Sequence record: MN871444.1
DNA: 64,000 nucleotides
Strand: one strand, 5' to 3'
A model generated the notes under the pieces. That model did not search any database and was not told where the DNA came from. It saw only the letters and a program-made list of their open reading frames with translations. Both the position numbers and the translations under genes were made by a program. This document shows, one piece after another, positions 29,457 to 37,834 of the stretch; the first letter of the stretch is position 1, and every line of letters begins with the position of its first letter.

Positions 29457-30323
29457 TTAGATTGAAGTGCTCGGCATGTTTGCAACAGATTCCGCATAAC
29501 CGGAAGTGATGGCCGATACGTCCGCTGCAATAGAGCTGATGAAAGCTTCTTGCAGATTCGGGTTGGTACCTTCCATGTTCATGCTGTTCAGTACTTTCTG
29601 TGCCATGGACATGACACCGAAGCCATGCTGAGTAACCGCGGTGAATCGAACCTGGATTTCCTGGTTCTGACCGGCAGCGGTCAGGTCACGACGACCAACA
29701 ACATCACCGGTACCTTCAGGGAACATGTTGGTACACAGCCACGCTTCGTTTACGGTGGTAAACGTCGGGTCGGCTTCGAAGAACAGCATAGTCGCGCCAG
29801 TTACGTCACCCAGCATATCGGTAGGTTTGCTGGACGCATTCAGTGCAACGACGTTCGGGATTTTAGTGATTGGGTCCATGCCCAGACCAGTAATCCAGGC
29901 TTCCAGGAACCAACGAATTGGTTTGCCCGGTTTTTCAAGCCAGGTAAAGGTCGGGGTTGAACGGTCCCGAGTCGTGTTACTGATATCTTCTTGGATTTGC
30001 CCAGAACCATCAATCTGGTTCTCAACAAATTCAGCTTTCACACCGGCCTGCAGCCCTTCAATCTGACGGGCGTGCATTTCTACCAGAACTTTTAAAGCTC
30101 CGATATATTTAGACGAGTCTGGGAAGTAAGAGAAACCTCGCGGCGCCTGCACCAGGATACATACGACGTTACGACTCACATAAGTCGTATTTGCAAACAT
30201 GTTTGCAAAGATCGTATGGTGACCCATTTGACCTTCTACTTGGAGGTCAATGGCCGGTGCCTGGGTATTCGTCGTGTAGGCTGTGTTATTCAAAAATACA
30301 TCTTTCGTACGTGGGATAGCCAT
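29457..30323 (-). CDS. tail tube protein (phiKZ gp30-like, 288 aa)
   Basis: Directly downstream of the sheath gene; size; AGGAGA RBS; host-like codon usage of a major structural protein. Confidence 0.8.
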   Translation of the reverse strand: MAIPRTKDVFLNNTAYTTNTQAPAIDLQVEGQMGHHTIFANMFANTTYVSRNVVCILVQAPRGFSYFPDSSKYIGALKVLVEMHARQIEGLQAGVKAEFVENQIDGSGQIQEDISNTTRDRSTPTFTWLEKPGKPIRWFLEAWITGLGMDPITKIPNVVALNASSKPTDMLGDVTGATMLFFEADPTFTTVNEAWLCTNMFPEGTGDVVGRRDLTAAGQNQEIQVRFTAVTQHGFGVMSMAQKVLNSMNMEGTNPNLQEAFISSIAADVSAITSGYAESVANMPSTSI

Positions 30324-30372
30324 TGTTTATCTCCTGGATTGGGGGTAGTTGCCCACCCCCAACGGAAGGTCA

Positions 30373-32433
30373 TTAGGAAGTCGTTTGCAGGTCTTCCAGA
30401 CGGCGGGTAATCAGTGTGTAAGTACCCACAGTTTTCATGACGTTGGCGTAGATGTAAATATAGCACGACCAGCTATATCCGCGCGCAACATCATTGGTGT
30501 CAAAGAACGTTTCCGGGACAATGGTCACGCGATTATCGAAACGACCTTTAACGGCATCAGAGATCAATGCGTTAGATTGTTCGATGAACTGCGCCTGAGT
30601 CAGGTCACTGCGACCAGTCAACTGCTTCCAGGTCTGTTCAACGATTTTTTCGCAGTACGCAACGATACAGGTGACCAGGAAACTATTCAGCACCGAAGTA
30701 TCGTCGTCGTATACGGTTTGGATTGCCGGATAGAACAGCTGACGTTGGTCAAACTGTTGAACCCAAGTCAAACCCAGTGCCCAGTTAGACTGACGCACTT
30801 TTGTAGCTTTGTAGGTCAGGTTCACATCACGGACTTTTGTTACTACGTTATTCGGGTAGATATCAAAAGCCTTCCCAGGAGTCAGTACAGCGGTCTGAGC
30901 CCCCATATACGCCGCTACTTTATCCGCAAGGTCGATGGTCATCGGCACAAGAGGCGCAGCATTGTCGTCAATCAAAGTACCGCCGTGGCCAATGATGGCC
31001 GCACGGCAAGTTTTGGTGTTGTAGTACTCGGATTCAGGGAACTGCAGTGCTGCTGTACGCAGCGCCGTAGCGATGGAGGTTTCTGCGTTGTTGTTGTTCA
31101 GAGTGGTGTTTACGTCCTGCGTGGACAGAACGGTAACAATGTCTTTACGTAAAGACATCGGCAGCAGAAGCGTTTTCTTCGTGGCGATATCAAACCCGGT
31201 ATCCCAGATGTGGGTAATCGGATACTTCGCCATGTCCATCAGATGGTAATCAGATGTTTCGAAGTTATTCATGACGTCCGTGACCAATGCAGCGTACGCG
31301 GCATCGTCCATGGTACCATCACCACCACCCAGAGAGTAGTGTGTGGTGGACGAGTTAAGAGTATCCGCACCATCGAGCGCACCCTGTACCAGGATGGTTT
31401 CGTACGGATTACCGTTAACGTCCAGGCCGTCAAAGAAGTTGATCAGATATTCATCGCCATCCACCATTTCCGCACCAGTATACGCACATTCAGCGGCATA
31501 AAGCTGCTGAAGAATAGTGGCGATATTACTGTGGTAAACGTTGATGGTTTCTACCGGACCGTAGATCGGAGTGTCGGAAGTGTAGCTATTGACTTTGCGA
31601 TACTTTCCGAGCACCAGATTGTCGATGTACAGATTTTGTTCAATTTTGGTATTGATGGCGCCTTTCTTGAAACTGAATTCGACGTAGGTGTCGCCATCGA
31701 TAGTTTGGGATACTGTAGCAGTTGACGTCGCCGAACTACGTTCAACATACTGAATGCGGTACAGCGCAGTACCCTGCTCTTCGACGATATCGCTATCAAC
31801 CGGCTCACTGGATTTTGCCGTGGCGCACCACAGACGACGGCCGATGTTATTACCATAGGACCCAAAATCAGAAACCTGGTCTTCGAAGATAGGATAACGC
31901 ATCGAGGTAGTGCTACCGGATACGAGGGTACCCGTGGTAGTGGTGCCGCCACCAATCCCGTTAGTCGCTTGGCCGGATACCCATTTCAGAATATGCCCGG
32001 CGACGGTTTCCCCAGTCGGGATCGGATTGCCTGAACTGTCGGTAATGTATGCACCGTCGGCATCGCGCTCATAGAGCGGAACCTGGGCCGCAACGATTTC
32101 GAGAGATAAACGGCACGTGGCCGGGTCAGGCGCGTCGGTAGGTTTCAGTCGCAGAATGAACTGCGGGTTGGACTGGGTGACAAGCACATTCGACAGCACA
32201 GTGCCGTGGTTAGCCCACTTGCTCAGAAGATCGAAACTATCAGAACCATACAGGCTGATTCGGTCTGTGCTACTCGCCACCTGCGTAGGTACTGTCGGAC
32301 CACGCTGAGTGAACAGGGGCACCAACGCCATGTGGATTGGGGTAAAATTAATCCCCACGCTAGCGGAACTGGCACTTTGGTCCAATACCCCTAACTTGAT
32401 GGCCATTGGAGCGGCATTAACGATGGTAGCCAT
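30373..32433 (-). CDS. contractile tail sheath protein (phiKZ gp29-like, 686 aa)
   Basis: Sheath-like N-terminus (NAAP...G..D.S, P.FTQRGP), C-terminal WTCYIY-type end, size and synteny with tube and terminase; AGGAG RBS. Confidence 0.88.
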   Translation of the reverse strand: MATIVNAAPMAIKLGVLDQSASSASVGINFTPIHMALVPLFTQRGPTVPTQVASSTDRISLYGSDSFDLLSKWANHGTVLSNVLVTQSNPQFILRLKPTDAPDPATCRLSLEIVAAQVPLYERDADGAYITDSSGNPIPTGETVAGHILKWVSGQATNGIGGGTTTTGTLVSGSTTSMRYPIFEDQVSDFGSYGNNIGRRLWCATAKSSEPVDSDIVEEQGTALYRIQYVERSSATSTATVSQTIDGDTYVEFSFKKGAINTKIEQNLYIDNLVLGKYRKVNSYTSDTPIYGPVETINVYHSNIATILQQLYAAECAYTGAEMVDGDEYLINFFDGLDVNGNPYETILVQGALDGADTLNSSTTHYSLGGGDGTMDDAAYAALVTDVMNNFETSDYHLMDMAKYPITHIWDTGFDIATKKTLLLPMSLRKDIVTVLSTQDVNTTLNNNNAETSIATALRTAALQFPESEYYNTKTCRAAIIGHGGTLIDDNAAPLVPMTIDLADKVAAYMGAQTAVLTPGKAFDIYPNNVVTKVRDVNLTYKATKVRQSNWALGLTWVQQFDQRQLFYPAIQTVYDDDTSVLNSFLVTCIVAYCEKIVEQTWKQLTGRSDLTQAQFIEQSNALISDAVKGRFDNRVTIVPETFFDTNDVARGYSWSCYIYIYANVMKTVGTYTLITRRLEDLQTTS

Positions 32434-32603
32434 TAATAACTCCTTCCTCGGCCCCTCCGACGATGAAGGGGTTTTCTTTAATTGTATAGACTAGGTTTTT
32501 TCCGTGTGGGTGATGGTAAAAAGCCACACGCGCACATAATTACGACATTTGTGCCTAGCCCGTATTTTTTCAGATAACGCAACGCATATATAAGGAAAAC
32601 ATC

Positions 32604-33518
32604 ATGTTTCGGTCGCCGTACGACACCTCCATCGGGAAGGCCTTCAATCTCCCGCGCGTTGAACATGCACTGCATATGGCCAACATCAAAAAAGAATTAA
32701 AAACGATTCATCCCGATATGCCCTGGTTGTTGGCTGTAGTTGGCGATGAACCGACTGAAATTCCGGTGTTCCCACACCCTGTTACCCTGGAAGATAGCGT
32801 ACGCGGAAAACAAGTTGTCGTGGATTTACGCGGACCTTACAAAAGATACCTGACTATTACTGATACTGGGATTAACGTCGACCCATACGGCGGCGCAGGA
32901 ATCACTGTAAACAGAGCTATCCTACAGTATTATTGGTCGGCGGATACCGCGGATGCATTTTTTGCATTATCCGACGTTCCACTGATCGCGTTCAGCCGCT
33001 GGCTGGCTGACCAAATTAGCCGCGCACTGGGGCTGGACCCGGCTGCGCAATTGGCACTTCCCGTGGTATTGGCGTATTACTTTACTTCTTTATATATGGA
33101 AAAACCCATTGCTGAAGAAGAAGCAACGCGCATCGCCAACAAAATTTCCAGGGTGCTAAGAATCAATTTACAACAAGTTCTGGATTCCATCCCGAATCCC
33201 ATTCCATCGAATTTGCGTGAATTGGTCGCCGTGCTGGGGAGTGGTGATTATGGTCCGAAATTAGAACGACTCAACAACGTCGGTCTTTTTTATTCGATGA
33301 CCACCAATGGCTTTTTTGGGGTAATGAATCCTAAAGAAGTGTTAGCATGTGCGATTGAATATCCACCCACCTTCTTAGCAATTCTAGCCGGTGCCCTGAA
33401 TGACACTAGCTTCAATAAAATCCCACTGATTACATCCATTAAACATTACGTCAAACAGGATGCTGTCAAGGGATTCAACCTCGCATTCAACCAATTCCTC
33501 GCTCGTGGAGATAACTGA
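32604..33518 (+). CDS. virion structural protein (phiKZ gp28-like, 304 aa)
   Basis: Divergent from the sheath gene and first of three genes before the terminase, as in phiKZ-like phages. Confidence 0.65.
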   Translation: MFRSPYDTSIGKAFNLPRVEHALHMANIKKELKTIHPDMPWLLAVVGDEPTEIPVFPHPVTLEDSVRGKQVVVDLRGPYKRYLTITDTGINVDPYGGAGITVNRAILQYYWSADTADAFFALSDVPLIAFSRWLADQISRALGLDPAAQLALPVVLAYYFTSLYMEKPIAEEEATRIANKISRVLRINLQQVLDSIPNPIPSNLRELVAVLGSGDYGPKLERLNNVGLFYSMTTNGFFGVMNPKEVLACAIEYPPTFLAILAGALNDTSFNKIPLITSIKHYVKQDAVKGFNLAFNQFLARGDN

Positions 33519-36067
33519 TGATCGACTACCTGTTGGACCACGCTAGACAACACGTCTGGTGCAATCCCAGTATTGACCGACAGGTAGTGTTGGAGATGAG
33601 TCGACTGACCCCCATCGGTGGGGTCAAAGACAAAATGAGTTTGATGTGGGATAAGATTGCACTGCCTCTGGCCTCCACCAGTTTTCACGTATACCAGATT
33701 GGTAGCAATTTTCCACCGCAGCTTAATCTCCCCACTACCATTAATACGTGGATTAATTTTGCTGATGTTTGCATGCAGCAGAACCAGATTGCTGATTTCT
33801 TTTTAGTCGATGGTCGGCAATATCCGCGAAGCTGCTGCTGGTTGGCGCGTACCGTGGACCGTAACTATATTGTCGCGGTGCAGATTCTCAAGAAAATAGA
33901 CAGTCTGGATACGCAACCGATTAACCTCCGGCTATACTCGAATGCGTATTTTAATAGCAGCCGTTCTTCTGAAGCCATTAAAATAGAAGTGCAGGGTGGG
34001 GTGATGGCTACCACCAACGCCATCGCTACACTAACCACCGCATTTAATGCGGCACGGGCCAGGGGTTATGGATACACCTACGCCTTTCATAATGGTGAGT
34101 ACGTGGCCTCATTTAGTCCGGCTACCGTATCCATCGGTGATGTGGTAGAATACGTGTTCGACGCATCGGTGTATCGCGTCGTGGATTTTGATGTAGGGTC
34201 ACTCCCAACATTTACGTCCACGCTAGACTCTTTGGCGAAATATATTCTTCATCCAACCAAAGCCGACGATCTCAACGATATCCAATACCGGGATGATATT
34301 GATATCTTTTTATACAAAACCACGTCTACTGGCGCAGTAAAAGGCATCTATTATTATCGCTATATGGATAACGCGGTAAGAATGCTGACACACGCCGACT
34401 ACGCCATTCCCCAGAGTCTGGTCCAGACGTTTGTTCAAAATCATAAATACTGGGGCAATGCAACAAATCTGAAACTCCGCGTTCAGATGCGAGAACCGAG
34501 TTTTGACCGCACCCTGGTATTTGATGCTAATAGAATCATGGAGCTGTATAAGCTGACTGATTCACAAATCATGCAGGCGATGAGTGGGGTGAATTCACTG
34601 GTGCCAGAATGGCAGGCCGCTACATTAGAAGCCAGCTATTACACCAAAATCATGCGCAGTAGTTGGACGGGCATCACGATTAATGACGTCGAGCAAGCCT
34701 ACGGCTATAACGCCATGAGTAAATTGATTGGCGATACCCCTCAAAAAATGTCAGTCGATGCATCCAGTGGCAATTACGTTCAATTACCTCCGGGATTACG
34801 TACCCTATCTACCGTATTTGAGTTCGACGGTTCTGGGTTGTTGCTGGGGTATTATACTCATACTGCTGGTGTTCGCTATTACCCAAAAAATAGTGCGACG
34901 GCATTGGTCGAAGTTATCTCCGGGACGGGTTCTAAATTGCTGTCCATCACCCAGGGAAATGACCCCGTCACTTTAGGTGCGGATAACGGCTATCGGCTGT
35001 ACGTTTCACCAAAACAAAATAGGGTGTCTACCAACCAGTGGGTAGAAGTCGACCCTAGTGACAGCACTCACGTTAATGTCACCGATGGGGTGGTTACGTG
35101 GACTCACAATACGTATAACTGGCAAGGTGCGGTTAAACAGGATGATAGATTCTTAGTGCAGCAATACACTCTGAATTCGTCCTATGACTTATTGCAGTTT
35201 ACTTTGACTTATGGTTCAACCGCCGGTGTTGCTTTGACCATCCCGCCTGGCCGTATCGATATCTGGCTGAATAAACACCGCCTGGTAAAAGGTATCGATT
35301 ACTACATGGTATTCCCAACCATCGTTATCGTTAATAAGGAATACTTAAATACGACCACCGGGGTTCAGGACGTCGTGGTTAGAGCCTATGGATTCTGTAC
35401 CCCAGCAATGACGATTGAAGAGAATAACCAATATGGGTTTGTCCAAAATGGCGTATTGAGTTACAACAATCAATACAACCTGAGGGATGACCGGGTTATT
35501 CAAATCACCATTGATGGCGGTGCGTATCACCGGGATGGGTTACACTTCGGAGAGGATGGGTTAGTTACGGTGGTGGAAGAGGCTTATGAGGGGAGACCTT
35601 ATGAGATTTCAGACATCGTGGTACCTATTCGCGGAGTCACGGATTATTCCGTGTACCTTTACCGAGAGCAAGCCCAGGCGACGGATGCCAGAGTATCTGC
35701 TTATCTGAATACGCTGTTGCCGGAGCATGAATTTCCAACGGCGCCAAATATTGAGAGAAAATACCAAGTATTCAGCCCGTTCCTGAATTACATCATCGGT
35801 GAAATTATAAACGGTGTACTGACTGTACCCACTACGACAATGACTGATAAACAAGTGATTGACTCCACGTCAACGTATCAGTATTTATTGGCGTATGACC
35901 CCTGCATCGTGGGTGTGGTTAGTAAACAATACGAGGTTATTCACCCGATTATCGGCGATGGCCCCGTTTCAGTGACTTCGGTGGAATACGCCTACGTAGA
36001 CCGCATCATTAGTTTGATGTTGGGCTCCCAAGTGGATATCACCACATTCTTGACTATCGAGGATTGA
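33518..36067 (+). CDS. virion structural protein (phiKZ gp27-like, 849 aa)
   Basis: TGATG coupling; size and synteny. Confidence 0.7.
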   Translation: MIDYLLDHARQHVWCNPSIDRQVVLEMSRLTPIGGVKDKMSLMWDKIALPLASTSFHVYQIGSNFPPQLNLPTTINTWINFADVCMQQNQIADFFLVDGRQYPRSCCWLARTVDRNYIVAVQILKKIDSLDTQPINLRLYSNAYFNSSRSSEAIKIEVQGGVMATTNAIATLTTAFNAARARGYGYTYAFHNGEYVASFSPATVSIGDVVEYVFDASVYRVVDFDVGSLPTFTSTLDSLAKYILHPTKADDLNDIQYRDDIDIFLYKTTSTGAVKGIYYYRYMDNAVRMLTHADYAIPQSLVQTFVQNHKYWGNATNLKLRVQMREPSFDRTLVFDANRIMELYKLTDSQIMQAMSGVNSLVPEWQAATLEASYYTKIMRSSWTGITINDVEQAYGYNAMSKLIGDTPQKMSVDASSGNYVQLPPGLRTLSTVFEFDGSGLLLGYYTHTAGVRYYPKNSATALVEVISGTGSKLLSITQGNDPVTLGADNGYRLYVSPKQNRVSTNQWVEVDPSDSTHVNVTDGVVTWTHNTYNWQGAVKQDDRFLVQQYTLNSSYDLLQFTLTYGSTAGVALTIPPGRIDIWLNKHRLVKGIDYYMVFPTIVIVNKEYLNTTTGVQDVVVRAYGFCTPAMTIEENNQYGFVQNGVLSYNNQYNLRDDRVIQITIDGGAYHRDGLHFGEDGLVTVVEEAYEGRPYEISDIVVPIRGVTDYSVYLYREQAQATDARVSAYLNTLLPEHEFPTAPNIERKYQVFSPFLNYIIGEIINGVLTVPTTTMTDKQVIDSTSTYQYLLAYDPCIVGVVSKQYEVIHPIIGDGPVSVTSVEYAYVDRIISLMLGSQVDITTFLTIED

Positions 36068-36068
36068 T

Positions 36069-37745
36069 ATGGCCACGGTACCTAAGTATAAACAAGACGG
36101 CATTGGGCTGTTTTGGATGATGAAAGATATTTATACCGGGCCTAATGGTACCGGAGAATATGTCCCCAATGTTGGGGACGCTATTCTGGATTGGACTGCG
36201 GGGTGGTTTAAAGTCATCTCCGTCGTGGATAACATCGCTACCTGGGTATCCTGGGAAGCTCCCAGCAACAATACCTCAGAAGAAGACGTTATGTTCGGGA
36301 CGGTACCTGCTGTCCCGGGACAGTCTTCGCGGGTGTGGTATAACACTTCGGTGACGCCGTATTCGCTGGATTTCGATGCGCGTCTGCGGATATACGGTTC
36401 TGGTCTGACTCACTTTAAGATCTTTAAAGGTACGGACATTTCTGCCACTACCGGTAAGGTGATTGGATACACCATCGATACCGGTGGCGCAAAAGACAGT
36501 GAAAATATCCCATTCGAGTTGGTGGGCACCGATACGATTACCAATATTGCTATTTGGGTCGGCGTAACGGCATATACCTCGGAAGCACTCACTGACGGCG
36601 ATACCGTAACTGCGGTGTACTATAAAGGAGAAATTCCGGCAGGATACCAGACGTTCATTATCAAGGATTCTTCGCTGGTGCGTACCGGGTCAGCCTCTCA
36701 AAAGACGATTCGTAGCCTGGTACTGAATTCTGCCTTCCTGTCAGATAGCGCAGATAAACAATTTGACGTACCTATGGGTACGACGATTGATTCTCTCGGA
36801 ATTACGGGGGTAATCACGTACAGTGATGGCTCTACTCGAACACTCACCCCAGATGGTTCTAAACTGACCATAGCAGGTTTCGACGATTTTGCGGCAATGG
36901 TTATTGGCCAGCGCATCAGCGTGGTTGCTACGTACTATCTGGATTCCACAGAACAGTCCGACATCGTACAGACCAACGGCACCAGAAACTTCATCCCGAC
37001 CACATACAACGCCGTAGTGACTGAAGCTGATGGTGCGGCAACTGTTAAGTTGTTTGTCGTACCGAAGTGGGTCAGTGACTCTGTGGGGTACGGTTTGGAC
37101 TATTGGTTGTATCGCTTGGACCGCCAGGATTTCTATTACGTCACCCCATTTGTTCAGATGGGCACCAACTCCGCTGACTTCCAGCCGAAACTATACGGTA
37201 CTCGTCAGAGATTGACCGTTGTTATTGATTTGAATAATGTCAGTACGACGTATAAAGAAATCAGACACTCTCAAACTTTCGAGATTACTCTCGCCCAGGA
37301 TGGGTTAAGTGCCGGCGACCCATGGTTCCTTCGTTGGACCGTCGGCCAGAATCCAGCATACGGTCAGGGGGTATCTGCCAAATTCAAATTTGGTAGTGTC
37401 GGTAACTGGGGGCTTAAAGTTGACTGTGGCGCGGCGACTTACAATCAGTGGCTGGATGCCCTGTATTACCGTTGCCAGCCGTTGTATTATCCCGGCACGG
37501 AAACCAAAGCTCCAGCGCCTACCCACTTTAACGTATACGTCAGTGATACCTACCAGGTGGAATACCCGATTTCTCAGTGGAATCAGGAACTCACCTTCCA
37601 GTCTGGTGGCGTAGAAGGGCAGAGTGTGGTTATTCAGTGGATCTATCGTGACGGTACTACGGGCAATGCATTGTATCTCGGTGCAAGCCCTATGGTTATT
37701 CGCCATGTAACTGATTATAGCGATGGTACAAGTTTGACCAGTTAA
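36069..37745 (+). CDS. virion structural protein (phiKZ gp26-like, 558 aa)
   Basis: Synteny immediately upstream of the terminase; beta-rich sequence. Confidence 0.7.
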   Translation: MATVPKYKQDGIGLFWMMKDIYTGPNGTGEYVPNVGDAILDWTAGWFKVISVVDNIATWVSWEAPSNNTSEEDVMFGTVPAVPGQSSRVWYNTSVTPYSLDFDARLRIYGSGLTHFKIFKGTDISATTGKVIGYTIDTGGAKDSENIPFELVGTDTITNIAIWVGVTAYTSEALTDGDTVTAVYYKGEIPAGYQTFIIKDSSLVRTGSASQKTIRSLVLNSAFLSDSADKQFDVPMGTTIDSLGITGVITYSDGSTRTLTPDGSKLTIAGFDDFAAMVIGQRISVVATYYLDSTEQSDIVQTNGTRNFIPTTYNAVVTEADGAATVKLFVVPKWVSDSVGYGLDYWLYRLDRQDFYYVTPFVQMGTNSADFQPKLYGTRQRLTVVIDLNNVSTTYKEIRHSQTFEITLAQDGLSAGDPWFLRWTVGQNPAYGQGVSAKFKFGSVGNWGLKVDCGAATYNQWLDALYYRCQPLYYPGTETKAPAPTHFNVYVSDTYQVEYPISQWNQELTFQSGGVEGQSVVIQWIYRDGTTGNALYLGASPMVIRHVTDYSDGTSLTS

Positions 37746-37834
37746 TGATAATGTGGTGGGTATGTCATCTCTTAGGGGGTGGCATACCTACCCATTATGT
37801 ATGCTCTTTTCTTTTGGACGTTGAGGAAGTTATT

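Noticed and set aside
30349-31955. Long antisense ORFs over the sheath gene (267, 171 and 134 aa) and similar shadow ORFs throughout the track
   Set aside because: They lie fully opposite well-supported genes with biased codon usage and have no RBS or recognisable motifs
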